Source: Fimbriosthenelais zetlandica
Lineage: Eukaryota
Direction of reading: 5' to 3'
Length of the DNA stretch: 64,000 nucleotides
Assembly (NCBI GenBank): GCA_977030845.1
Contig: OZ365110.1
Location: 27,776,001 to 27,840,000, forward strand
The position numbers and the translations under genes were made by a program. The notes under the pieces are model-generated. The model worked only from the letters and a program-made list of their open reading frames with translations. It ran no database searches and was not told the origin of the DNA. Below, piece by piece: positions 46,747-60,800 of the stretch (the first letter of the stretch is position 1; each line of letters opens with the position of its first letter).

Positions 46747-48706
46747 TTATTCCTTTTTAAGACCATTCTTGAGAGAATGACCATTTGCGACAGCTCCGTT
46801 TTGGTTCTTGTCTTTGACAGGTTGAGCTTTCTTAGGATGAAGGTAAGCCTGTATGTAAAAGTTGCCAAACATGACGAGGAAAATCAGTGCATAAAGCCCG
46901 ATCCAAACAACGAAGAGCTTAGGATAGTTGCAGTCCAAGAACAGTAGTTGCACAGAGTGGATACAAACAAGGATGAATTGTGTCTGAAAAATATGAAGGA
47001 TGATATTGATGATACTGTTGTACCGTACTAAATATCATTTCCACATCAATGGCAAATATTGTCATTACAGCAGTCCCCAAAACCCGAGGGGAGGACCACA
47101 GTAAAATTTATAGGTTATAATATTGTCATAGATGCTTTTCACATTGTGTTCTAGTGCAGTGCATGGAAGAGATAGTGCGAAGCCCTGAATGGCCACAATT
47201 ATCACAATTTTGCGACTATATTATCACAATTGTGCCTACTTACAATTTGCATTTTGGTCATGTACTTTTTCCACCAGAGGTACTTTTGGTATTGTGGACC
47301 AAGGGCAGAAACGCCATAATAAATATACATCATGAAATGGATCCAAGAGTTGAGCAGAGCATGGAAAGTTCCAAATCCACCTAAAAACGAAATACAAAAT
47401 TATAACCAGTCCAGTTCATTATTAGGCCTAATTGATAGTTGGCTATCCCTGAAATAACAAGTAAATATAGACGAAGAGACCAGGTTGAACAAAATAACAT
47501 CGGATAAAACGGGCTATGGGGTCACTTATAGTTATACAAAATGTTTCAGCATAGAAATTAATAATATGTACGAGTAATTTCTCACCTGGGACAAACCGAA
47601 CTCCAAACCACCATGAAACAGGCATGATCCCATGATGGAAGACGTGGAGAAATGTGACCTGAGAATATTTCTTCCGCATAACAAAGAATACCTAGAAATA
47701 TACAAAGTAATTCCCCATTATAGAGTCTTCTCAAATGGGAACATACTAGAATGCCAATGGAAGCCAGCATTAAAAAAATAGAACTTACCGTATCTAATAA
47801 TTCTACAAACTTGGAGAAGAAGAACACCCAACAGACACCGGCCATCTGAGAAAATTAATATGCACTTCATATTAAGTGAACAATGTCATTGTCGGTGGCA
47901 TAAAAAGAATTTAGGTCTAGGCCTATAAGAAAATTATTAGCCTGTCATTATTTCAGTATGCACAGATGTAGTAAAATCTTACCCTAACGGCCTTTGGAGA
48001 AGTGGAAAAATCGACAGGCTGACAGCCGAAACTGTAACCCGTGAACCACCCTGCCAAACCGAACTAAATGAAAAACAAATTGAAATACACAAAATTAATG
48101 TAGATTAATACGATCTCACACGGGAAAATGTTCAATGTAATTGTCTTTTTTATTCATGTCAATCTTTCCCCCTGTTTTTCGGACTTTCAGCTTACCTCAA
48201 GAAAGCAATAGCCAGATAAGAGAACCATTGCAAAGTTATAAATCAGCATAAGTGTACGGATGTTATAGGGTTGTCGTTTCTCCATAAACCGTGGACCTGC
48301 CACGCACACCAAATACACATAGCCTATACATATGAGGAAACTTGGCCAGGGAGTGCTCATCATAAACCAGCCGTCAACGCGTGTATCTAAATACAACATA
48401 ATTGTAGACACATAATAATCTTCAATATATACAAGTATTACATAGGTAGGCCTATATAAAATAGACTTGTGATTGACATAGCGTCTTGAAAAAATGCCTT
48501 TAAGTAGGCCTAACTATGAGATGTATTTCTATATAGGCCTACCACTTCGATTGAGGCTACTTCATGTCGCATGTCGCAATACACAATTAATAATTACATT
48601 TCTTATTCTCCAACGCAATATTACGAATTTGTGAAATATACCCACCTCGTTTATGAGTGATAAGATGGTCCCAGTAAGACGCCGCGTCCGATACTAAACT
48701 GGCCAT
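46747..48706 (-). CDS. Very-long-chain fatty acid elongase, ELOVL1/7-like, 7 coding exons, 289 aa
   Basis: Exons 48706-48646, 48386-48196, 48063-47983, 47845-47789, 47691-47586, 47380-47244, 46983-46747. Motifs [19 protein letters not shown] (His box), [26 protein letters not shown], and C-terminal KKE ER-retrieval dilysine. Confidence 0.95.
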
Positions 48707-50413
48707 TGTTGGTCTGTTGGTCGTTGTCCCTAAATATTAAGAAGAAAATGTCAAAAGAAATTTGATCACCCCCAAATAACTGTATGACTGATCCATCATT
48801 AATCGATAGGTTACATATAGATTAGGTCTCCCCGTTGCCAACCTAGTTATGGATCAACATTGAAACTTTATTGATCGCATTCAACATCATTAATCCTGGT
48901 CAGGTCGACCAAGAAAAAGCTTACCGGCAGTGGATTATAATATAAAGCCATAGTTACGTTAGAAATCCTGAAAATAAATCTATTCTTTCCAGATATTAAT
49001 AGGCATTCTGTGAAGAGGGGCGTAGGAACCAAAGAGAGGGCAACGTATTGAATGCATGTATGGGACATCATAGCCTATATTTATGGTCATTGTTTCTTGA
49101 CTAACGTTAGGCCAAGTGTGACATTAATGAAAATGACGTCCACTTCGAATATTACTCAAATTTAGGCTTATGTACAAATAATATTCTTTTAAAGTTCATG
49201 TGCACCATGGGCCGATATAGTAACCCATTCACGTTGAGGAATAAGTACCGGGGTAGCCTACTAGCCTTCAAAGAGGTGTCAATGAATAAAGTGCAAAGAT
49301 CATGTTCTATAGCCTATCTGGTGATCTTTACAGTACATAGGCCTACACCATACATATTTTCATTCAAGTTCAGTGCAGCAGGAAACACATTGTTTGGTAT
49401 TGTTAACTAATTACAACCACAAGAGTTAAGGACGACCAAGTTTGAGCTACTAATATTATATTATATATATTTAATTAGGGAATGATTTCACAAACTTCTG
49501 GAAAAAAAATGGCACTTTGCAAAAGCGTTATACAGGCTGGAGTGTACTAAATATATTGATTGCACCATTGTCAACAGCTGCTTCCAGAACATAATTTATT
49601 TTTAAATATGCTAAAATGAATTATGGCTCCAGTGAAAAGCCCCGCAGAACTCCACAATTGACTGCCCTCATATTTGATATTTTTGTTGGCCACCATGTAC
49701 AGTAGTCTTCCCTTCAGATAAGAGTGACACTAGGGTACATACATGTACTTAATAGCTACCCTCTCATTCCAACACGAATCAATTGTGGCAACGAGATATA
49801 TGTCAGTGTCAAAAGCCTTCCTCAGATCGAGAAATGCTCCAAACTTGTTACGACACTACGTTCATTCCTAATAATGTCATTGACAAACTTGGCCATAGTT
49901 ATTGCTGGAAAGGTTTTTTTCTACAAGTTATGTAAAGCCGAGACGAGTGGGAAATCTACCAACCGAATTTCAAATAATCAGCAATTGCATTCGAGAGTTT
50001 GCGGTGGAAAAACTGTCAACTATTGGTCAATAATTACATCCATTTCGACATATGGCACCAATGATATACTATTTACTATAATTCTTAGAGCCCACGTCTG
50101 CATTTGAATATATGGATTAGTCTGTTGGCCTCTGACCCACAGTTATCCGCTGGACATCACATGGTCTACCTTCAGGCTCCCAAACCCCACACACCAAGTA
50201 GGCCTACCACACCCATCTGAAAACCATCTCTCCATTCCGCTCTTTACCCTAAATGTACCATTAAAATCTTTCCGCCTCCCAAACTCTCCCTCGGCTGATA
50301 CTCACTGTGAACCTCATTCCGCCACACCCCTCCCACACACCCTCCTTCCACCTACCGTCCAGGTCTAATCTATCACCTATAGGTAAATTACCTCCATTCT
50401 ATCATGTCACGGC

Positions 50414-51272
50414 CCCGGGGGGGGGACTCGCTCTATGAGGGTCAGTAGGGGTGTGCCGCCCTTTAGGGTAGCCTTTTTAGCCTTTTGGTATAGCCTTGAC
50501 CCCTTATCAAAAGCCATCCGAGTCGACCGAGGTATAGACCTCGGTCGACTTTTTCAGTAGTTGGCCATTTTCAAATGATGAAGTAAATTCATGCGTTTTG
50601 AGATCCCAAAATTCAGGCAACATTTCAAAGTGGAGGATTAACATCCATTGACCAGACCCTCAGTGACCAGTCAGTCAGTCGGTCGCGTGGGGCGTCTGGT
50701 TGGCGGGGATAGGACATTGTTGACGGAGCTTTGATGTGTGAAGTTACGTCATGGGAAGGGAAAGCTTTGTTTTAGCGTCTTTGGGGTGAGGGAGGTTAAA
50801 ACTGACCCATGATCACTTGTATCACAGGTGTTTGTAGAAGGGTTGACTTCTTTGGAGTATGAGGTGGGTGGGTGAAGGGGAGGGTGAAGTGACGTGTGGG
50901 TTCAATAGGGAAGAAAATGAAATGAGGATAACAGAAAAAGATAACGTTAAATTACATTAGATTTAATTGTGAAAGATGGGATTTTGTTCGTTGTAACCGA
51001 AATTTCGTTTTAAGCGTGTTCGTTATACGCGGACTCCACTGTATTTATATTTTTATTTTCATAAGCATTGTACTGTAATAAAGCAGATTCCCTGTTAAAA
51101 GATTTAAGTGTTAAGTTTTAATTCTTGGTATAGGTATGGGATGCAAAAAGGTATGTTTGGTATAGAGTTGGGGTGGTTTTTGGCCCATCAAGGTGGTATA
51201 AACCTCGGTCTATATTCTGGGTCAGGGCGGCACACCCCCGTGCATTTACTGGGCGAGTCCCCCCCCCCCGGG
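50414..51272. mobile_element. Non-autonomous TIR element (MITE), 859 bp, 8-bp TSD, superfamily unassigned
   Basis: Termini CCCGGGGGGGGGACTCGC...GGGGTGTGCCGCCC and its inverted copy; TSD GTCACGGC at 50406-50413 and 51273-51280; subterminal GGTATA repeats; perfect 13-bp-stem hairpin at 50521-50550. Confidence 0.85.
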
Positions 51273-52140
51273 GTCACGGCATGCCATGGGAATTTATTGC
51301 CTGCTATTTAATATGTCCAAGTCCTATAATTATATGTTTTACAGTGTATGTCTCGTCTTGATTCGTTTATTTTATTGCATTATTTATTTGTTAATGTATG
51401 TATTATTGCATTGAAAGGTATTTGATTATGCTTTCAAAGCATTTGCAGTTTCATGTTAATAAATTTGTGTAATTATTTCGTTTCCCCGACAGGGGGACGA
51501 AATACTGTTCTTGTGTGTCCTTTGTAATTGTTGTAGTGAAGTTTTTCTGAAAATCGACTTTCTAATAGAGGTAGGAATCTGGTTTCCAGCCACCAGGTAG
51601 GGCATGTTAAGAAGTGTTCATAATGTGTGAAATTGACATCATGTGACATCAGGTGACATCACAATGGTGTCATGAATTTTAAAAATGGCAAAATGTAATG
51701 GCAGTTTTTTTCAGGAATCTGCCAACCAAAAATCATGGCACTGGTACTAGGTTACATGTCTATGATGCCCTATCGTTTGATCCCATCATTTGACCTGTGC
51801 CCTAATTATTTTTCGCTAATTAGCTAATTAGCATGAAATCATATAAAGCCTGCCTCCTCCAACCCTGGTTATTCAAGGTGAATCATGAGGCGGCTAACTA
51901 TTCATCAGAGGCTTCTTGTTAGCATGAACCACTCGAATTTTTAATTGAATATTTTTTTGGTAGAGATACTGACATTTCAAAATGAGGTCATGACATATTT
52001 TTGAAAAAAATAATGCAAACTTGACAAAAATCATATACATATGTGCGGAATGATGAGATGTACCTAAATCTAAAATTTGGTGGTAATCCATCAATTATTA
52101 AGGGAGTTAGCTAATTTTAAAAACGATGGGTAAAAGCTAC

Positions 52141-52224
52141 ACCAGAGGCAGGATTCGAACCCATGCTGAAGAAAGTACCATTGGATTGACAGACCAGCAG
52201 TCTACCCGACTGAGCTATCTTGGC
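52141..52224 (-). pseudogene. tRNA-derived SINE head or tRNA pseudogene
   Basis: Minus strand GCCAAGATAGCTCAGTCGGGTAG...GGGTTCGAATCCTGCCTCTGG has A-box and B-box motifs, but the acceptor and anticodon stems are mismatched and the variable arm is long. Confidence 0.55.
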
Positions 52225-55200
52225 TAACATGCATAGACATGGTTTTTAACTGGGTGACACTTGATCTGTGGTGGATGGGAGCAATTTAGCACATGAATAA
52301 CTATAATAACTATAACATAATTATAGGCTGGCCTATACAAGGTACCCAGCGACACTTATCGGCCCCGCCCCCTTATGGCCATAGCTAATCATATATCGTC
52401 ATTTTGTGATTGACGCTGTCAATCACAAAGTTGCCAGAACGACGACGTCTGTGGACATAGGTCAAACCACAAGGACTCGGTCACGTTGTGGCGGGTAGCC
52501 TACACAACGTGAATGAAACATTGTTGCTGATTATGTCACTAGAAACAATGTTGTAGCAGCGAACCGGCATTCATGATATCCAGGGGTGGTTACAAGTCAA
52601 TAAGAATACATTTTCTCTTGTAAATATTTTAAAATATTTGCAAACTGTTATAATATAATAGCATAGCCAACCCATAGCCAACATACAGCATTTCCCACTT
52701 AGACTTCCAGCGCTTTTTTGGTATCATTCACATCGCCCTCCACAGCCATACCCTCTTATAGTTCCGTATAATGAAATCCCGGGATACCATATGTCCATAG
52801 AAACATTTTTCCCATGAAAAAATCTACATTTTGTATTACTAATTCCTTTTAAACGTCAAGAATCATGACATGATCATGACATGATCAGTGACAGATAAAA
52901 CTCCAATTGACTGTAATTAACTGTGAATAGTGGGGCGGCATAGCTAACCTATCATGCATTTTGTGATAAAAGCATCACATTTGGCACAGAGCTAGCTGGA
53001 TATATTCCACTGATATATTCCGAAAAAAATTGGATATTGAGCCACCTCAGATTCGACCCCTGACAACCAAATATTGAGGATTATATAAATTGTTGCCTAG
53101 CAACTGGATTATCCCTAGTAACCACATTTAAAATTAGGACTAGTTGAGAAATAATGGTACCTTTAAATTAGCTGTTTCAGAGAAAATTGGATTCTACCTA
53201 ACAATTTTCAACAAAGAATCCATGTATTAACTTCAAATGTGGTAAAATAAGAGCTGGCAGGGACTTGCATCAGAAGAGAAAATTGTGTGACCTTTGCCAA
53301 GGTCAAGGTCACTTGAAATGACCTTGAACATGGAAAAATAGCCCCCCAAAAAACCCGCATATCTTTATTACGATCTAGCATGGCTGAAAGGATTTGCCAC
53401 TAAATGCGAGTATTATCATTCTATTGTGTTGACAGACATAATAGGTTATCCTAAAATACTAGCTAGCCTATTTATATTGTCAGGGTCAATAGCTAAGCCT
53501 ATGTTAAGGCTGTCTTATAGGCTAGCCTATTGAGCCTATTATTATATGCTAGTCCCAGCCTCAATAGCCTATGTGTGACCAATGAGTGTTACATGACATT
53601 GACGCCTATCAGGCATGACTATCACATATTCCTCTAGTTTCCATGCCCCCTTATCATGAACAAAAGGGAAACGAAATATCAGTTATTGCTTGCAATGACT
53701 TGTCGACTAGTTATATTTATTTTTATTATTCATATATTATGTATTGTAATGTATGTTAAAATCAATCCACCTAAATATCTGAACAAGGGTTTTGAACTCG
53801 CATAATTATAGTAATCAGTGTGAGCAAATTTAGGGGTGCAGATTCATAATAATATGATTGATTCAATCTAAGAGAAATTATATAGGTCAGGAAAAACTTT
53901 TTATTTAAGATTAAATAAGATAGTCACGGATCGATTCATATTTGGGACGTACCCAGACCGATTTGTTGCTTGCTTCGGTGTCAAGGTGATGGAATGTGGG
54001 TCAGTTCAGGGAGTATGAATACATATAGGTTAGAGAAACTAAGTCATTCATTTCCGATTCCAACTTCAGTCCTCATGTCCACGCCTAGTTAGTATGAGCA
54101 TGTCTTACAATGAACCATCGTGTCAACCCATGTGGAAAATACCTTTTCGATGGAATTTCTTCTGATACCATTCAAGATATTAACATCTGATTTAACACTA
54201 CATTACAGGGTAGGTACTGTTGCAAAAATCCATAGTATACATGTCTACAACTCTTCGGTCATGGTGAGAGTGAACCGGGCCTGGGCCAGACGCCGGCCGG
54301 TTGCCTGGAACGCTAGAGTGGCCACATGTAGGGTAGGCCTATTTTGATCCCGACAAGCGTAGAACCCATGGCAGCGGTTGGTTTTGGTTCACAGGCCATG
54401 GAAGGCAATAGAAAATATTAGGTTCCAATCTGTAGTGTAGTTTTACAAAGTTTGCCCCTGACTTACCTGTACTAATGTGTGCTGATTACTCCTCCTGACT
54501 ATGCAGGATGATGCAGAAGCCTGAAGGGACCTATATAGTTCACCTCATGCGTTGATTCAGGAAGTGGTGTTGGGGGCGGGAGGGCCCACGATCTCGTACC
54601 ATTTGCTACCAACCAATCATATCCATCCTACAAGCATACCGGTAGGTGGACCTAAGGAACCATCGGACAAGTACGACCTCTGGAGTTATAAAGAACTTCT
54701 CGGTTGTCCGCTGGTGTTCCAGTACCTGTAGCACGTTTAAGATTAATGTGAAAGTTATCCGCCAGATGGCTGATCTGTGCGATTCGTACCATGGATTATT
54801 AAGCACAAAAATCGGCGGCCCGAGACGCAATTCATTGACTCATGCAATGGACCTTTTTTTATTAAATGGTAAGCTATAATAATACTGAAGTAAATTTATA
54901 TAGATCTTATAGATCGAGGACCTAAGTATATATAATATTACTTTCCAAAATCCATTTCATGAAACCTAAGCCAGGTTTTACTTTCCATTTCGTGAACGGC
55001 ACTAACACAAATATATGTTTTGGTAATTGCCCCTTGTTCTTGGTCACGGGAAACATGACAACCACATTATGAGCATTGTGTGTGTCACTTATCCCTGGAG
55101 ACCACAAAATTGACATACTTGTGGATAGATTTTTTCCTGTAATCACAATGCACTGGACTCCATGGTCACGAATGCTGCGTACATTCGTTTCCGTCTGGTT

Positions 55201-55359
55201 CCCACAGGACTTAGGTCCTTTATTTCACGCATTAAATGGGCGGCGCCCCTTTAAGAACAATTAAAATACCGACCAGTCAATGTTTGGGAGACACTTTTTA
55301 AGCATTTTGGCTCAATTTCACCCGTAAGACTTTTGTTCATATTCATACACTTCCCCATT

Positions 55360-55448
55360 CCCCTGAAGAAGGTCGCAAGACCGAAACATGTTGAGACCGC
55401 CTGACCTGTATCCAACCATTCATGATTGGGATTGGTTTAAGTAATAAA
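55360..55448 (+). ncRNA. Minimal type I hammerhead-ribozyme-like motif in a probable Penelope-like element pLTR relic
   Basis: CTGAAGA (55363-55369) + A + stem II GGTC-GCAA-GACC + GAAA + palindromic stem III ACATGT + U, followed by AATAAA at 55443-55448. Stem I has a mismatch. Confidence 0.55.
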
Positions 55449-57819
55449 CCAGCTGAAGTCTATTCAAGAAGTTTCCTTCTTATTCCATTTTTTTCATATT
55501 ATAATATTGTAGAAAGTGGCCTAAATCTTCTTTTTTTCCAATGCTTGAAAGTACTATTTTTCCCAAACAAATTATAGCCCTAGTATTATAAGAGGTTATT
55601 TGGGAAATAGATAGGCCCTAACGGTGACCCTTGCACTTTTGCACCCTGGGAGCAGTCAACTATTATTGATCCTTTTACCTAGAACAGTAACCACCGGACA
55701 AAAGATGGCATACATGTCCGCTCTGAGCGCTGAGATAAGGACACCTGGGCTATGTCTGGTATGTGTAGAATGTCACCCAAACACATTCACGCCGTATGTA
55801 GCCCTATAGCCTACCGTGTACGTGTCTCCACACCAGGGCTTTAAATGTCATCAGTATACATCTAGCATGTTTCCTCATTTCCATTTAAATTAATTAAATT
55901 TAGGCATAAAAAGATGATGTCAAACATGAGTTTCTTTCTTTATTTTTTCCAGATATCTTGGTGGATGTTCCATGGTTCTTGATCATGATGTGAGTTATCG
56001 GGGGGAATGTGTCCATGGGAATGATGTCAGATTCGTGTGTTTAGACAATAATAATATGGTCAACTTCTACTTGGCTGACCAGACTCATATTCTTATCATT
56101 TTTTGCTCCTGTGATGCACTAGCACACCACACAACTATGAATAATAACAAAAATTCGGATAACATTATGTAAAATTTTGTAATTGTGTCCATACTTTTCA
56201 GAGTTACCTTTCGCACTGAGATATATAACTTCGCATAAACCTTATAAATTCGCATGAACCTTATGCAAAATGAATCCATATTCCAACCCTATTCTTAAAC
56301 CATAGACTGGAAAGCTTAATGCATTTTCAAGGAATAACCTCGTGTTGGATCTAGAATCAGCATTCCTTGAAACCGCGCATGTTGGTGCGCACTCTCCTAT
56401 CGACATCAGAAATGACATGTCTTTGGATATCAAATATTATATGATATTTAGGAAACTGAAACACATTCCTATCAGTTGTTTTTGTTTATAAGCCATAGTT
56501 TTAATTTATTAGCCTATCCATAGACGGCGTACGTCCTTCCTGATTCGTCTTTGATATACATACATGTGCATTTATGTTGTTGTGTGATTAACCAACAAGA
56601 ACGTTAAACATTCGAAAGTGATGCCCACAAACCACAATTACATCCACCATGCAAGCATCATTAGGTCTATGTAGACTTTGGATGTCTGTATTCGAACTGC
56701 AAAATAATAAACATTAATGGACAATATATTCATTATAGTGTAAGAAATATTGTTCATACGCCCCATCTCGAGGCATCGTATAGGTTATAATGATCTGAGC
56801 CAGGTAATACGATGTCTCAAATCTGCCTGCTGATTGGGGTTGGCCACTAGGGGTATCTCCTCACCATGGTACAATAGAAATCAGGTGGCTGTTTTGGGTC
56901 ATGGTACCCTACAAGGGTAGACTGTGTGGGTTGGCATGAGATGAACCATCGATCGAGTGGGCCTACAGTTCTATTACTCGTTCGTTGCCGCCCGCACACC
57001 CTCCCCTCACCCCACACACTGATGGGACTAGGAGGGCAAAAAATAGTAATTCATTATTTGGGTTAATCATTTATTGGGTTATTAGATGTTTACACCAGAG
57101 AGATACAGTAAATACATGTTTGGTGAGCAATATTACCCACAAATAGACACATCCCGAATCCTGGTACATTTCCGGCAAAAGGACAACCAATCAATCGATA
57201 GTTAGCTGCAAACTCTGTCTATAGTCATCACAGAGAATTCAATGTGTGTATGTCAGTCCGTACAAATAAATTTACTCCCATATGCGTATTTCTTTTTAGT
57301 GCATAATTGTGGAATTTGATGATGTCACAAATATTATATTTAGAAACTGCATGGCCCCCATATCTCCAGCAGGCATACATTCTTTACATTAACTTAGAAC
57401 GTCCAAACTGCTATATAGGTGTCTTATTGTCTGGTGGGAAGTTTTGGCAAAGAAAGAAGACTGAAATGACTGAAATGAGAACGAAGTTTTCATAAAGAAG
57501 GAACACTGAGACAAAGCAGGATATACAGGTTGAGATTGTGTGATGAAGGAATTTCGTGAAGTCACGAAAAAATCCATGGTCACCCCCAGATTTCACAAAG
57601 GTGGGCATTATTTACTGAAGGTGGGTAAATAAATAGCCCGACACGCCATCCCATGTATAATTACATTGAGGAGAAACATTTTAGACAAACATTAGCCTAC
57701 CTTCAGACTACCTGGTATGGTAACAGTCTTATTTTAACCATAGAAAATAATCATAACCAGAAGTGCACACAGACGATGGTCCTTAATAAGAAGGGGCAAC
57801 ATGGTTTCTTGAGAACAGC

Positions 57820-57839
57820 GGGGGGGGGGGGGGGGGGGG
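57820..57839 (+). repeat. Poly-G tract (20 nt)
   Basis: Read directly from the sequence. Confidence 0.85.
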
Positions 57840-60800
57840 TTATAAAAGGTGTCAAACCATTTAAGGGGTCATATTTTCCAACTAGTTAACCCAAAGAATC
57901 CTATCAAATGCCGAGACACATTGTAATCTATGGAATCTAATGGGAATCTGTTTGCTATCTAAAGAGTCTCATGAATAGTTTCGGATTTTAAATACTGATC
58001 CATTCTCCAAAGCATTAGCAGGCTACATGTAGAATCTATAGCTTCAGAAGTTTATTAACATGGTCATGAGCATGAGCTACCAAAATGTCATCGGTCAGTA
58101 TTCTAATATTCAAGTACATTTTCAAGTTTTTAATCACGATAAATCATTTGAAATCAATAATTATTAACCTATGTATGAGACTTGAGGCCTTGGATATAGG
58201 CCTGGACTTATGTAATATTTGACATGAGAAAAGGGGTCAGTGAGAAAAGGAGGCAAACAGGATCTATTTCATTGAGCTTTGAAAGAATATTCTTGTTTAT
58301 AGCAGGGCTTTTGTCTGCCGGGTCGTGATCCCATTAAGACCGGTCTCTATCGGGGTCTCTATGTTATCCGCCTCTGCCCTCGTCAGGTCACGTGTTGAAC
58401 TTGTGAGGTCACGAGACTTTCTGCCAGGGCCTCGTTTTGTGAAAAACTTTTGTGTAGGCCTACATGTATTTAGTTTATGAAGGGTGGGTCTAAGGTTTAA
58501 AAAAAAAGGTCAAGGTTAAAAACGGGCATACGTTCTGGCCTTTGACGTAGACATTGCAGACATTGCAGAAGGTTTAAAACGCCACAGGGCATATTCTAGA
58601 TTTCGAAAGGACATTAATTGAGCTTCTATTCATAGACTGAGAGAACAGGGATTTATTTTTCTTCAGAGGTCTCTATGAATTTGATTAATATTGTAATATT
58701 TGCCAATCTCTGCCAATTCCAAGGCCAGCTGTGAAGGAAGTATAGTATTACCCGACTGCAAAGGCGGGTTTGATACATTAGGCAATATCACTGTACCTCA
58801 TAAATTACTTATTTCATTATGATTTCTCCTTTCAAGACTCCTCAATTACCTTTCATCATGTCAGATTTAAAGGTCAGTTTGCATGCCTTAATCATATTAA
58901 TTAGGCCTATATCTTATTTGATTTAGTCGCATATATGGTATATGTCTGAGCAGGGTAACAATATATATATTTTTCAGACTTGCCACCTGTAATTGCCTTT
59001 AAAGCAGCCAAAAATGTCTTTGAATCTCTGGTATGCTTCTGGAATGTTGTTGGTGTGAACGGTTGGACAGGTTTTTGTTCACGAGTCATAGGGATACCCC
59101 CAAGCCTCAGGCATGGTTGACAATGTGATACTAGACCAGCAAAGTGTCTCTTGTAAAATCTTCTCTTCCTCTTTAGTTGACCTTAAATCGGGCCCATGTC
59201 ATTTCCCCTCGTCTGTCGTTTTAATTTCATAAATGAGCACATTGCAAGTCTACACACTAATGACATGTATGAACACACCCGCTCTGTATCATAGCACCTG
59301 CAAATATCATAGAGTCACAGCTTTGGTATGTACCTAAATATAGATTACAGGGATTACATCATCTGTAGGCACCGACCACTTCCTTTCAACTTCAGTGTGT
59401 AATAACTTAGTATTTGAAATACTCAGACATGTGCTTCTGAATTATAAGGCTTGTTAAGGCATATATCACAATCTGATATTTAGCATGTTTCATGTGTGTT
59501 CCCTAATTAGTTCCATGATGGGAATGATTTTGTGTTGGAAAACGCCCTCCCCCCGCAAAAACACATTAAAAATGTTTTCTCTAAAAACCATTTCTCTAAC
59601 GGTATAGTGTTATGAATGTATTTGTAAAAGTAAACGTCAATAATTTAAATTCCCAATAGTCATCTTCAAAGTACTCAATATCTCCTGTTTATTTGTTAAA
59701 TTTGGATGCTATGCTATATCCGGATCAAATACCTAAAGTTGATTGATCAGTGGTACTCGACATATTAGGAAGATTTTGTCCCCGGTATTCCCCGGAATGT
59801 GATAATTATCACCCTATACCTTCTGGTCTCGGAAATCACCTCCACGTACATGAACATGTGGAGATAATGAGGGGGCGCTCTCAATATGAAGTTGCTTCCA
59901 TATGAAGGGACCATATATCAATATTCATATCAATATTATTATTCTCTGCATAAAACGTTTTATGTAAAAATGAAATTCAATCACACAAACAGATTAAATT
60001 TAGAAGATTATAAAATTTCTTTTTAAAATGTTTGAAAATTAGGAATAGTTTATTACAATAAAATTTTGTATGAATTGAGATGAATTAATACTTCTAATTA
60101 CATTTCCTTTTTTAAAGTTTTATTTTTATTCTTTATAATTTGGCAATTTTCTTTGCGAACAGATACCAATTTCCCACCATTTATTTCATTATTAAAATAA
60201 AATAGACAGTGTCCCCTTAACATTGACATAGTTTTCAGGTATTCTAAACATACATATCCATGTATTCTAACTGGGCCAACACAGGACATACGTCATGTAG
60301 ATAGGATTTCATCAGCCAATCACCATGGGGATAGGAACTTGCCGGAAGGTGTACCTGCCATATATGGTAAGAAAGGCAGTGATGGCCCCGTTTTTGAATT
60401 GTCAAGTACCAAAACAGTAGCAGCCTGCATGCATGGTATATATAAGGGACCTCGTGGGCTGGAGGTTTTATTCTTGTGTCAGTTGGTACTCGCTGTACTT
60501 CTGGATAAAAGGACTTTTACACACACCAAGTGGTATCCTAGGACTTAATAAAACAAGTTGTCAACAATGGGGAAACTTTCTTTTGGAAGCACAGGTCAGT
60601 ACAATTAATTTGTGGTGAATTTTACATAGCATACAGCATAAAAATTATCTTTTTTAAATATGAAATATGGGACGAAATGCGTTGGTGGTGTGGCAGTCTT
60701 TGTTCTATGGGTAGGCATTGCTGGGCTGTGTCCTAAAAGTTCTATTTTATAAAACATTCTTTTGAATATGAATATGATAGGACATATTTAGACAGCGCCG

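Noticed and set aside
52141-52224. Functional tRNA gene
   Set aside because: Acceptor and anticodon stems contain mismatches; retained only as a SINE or pseudogene.
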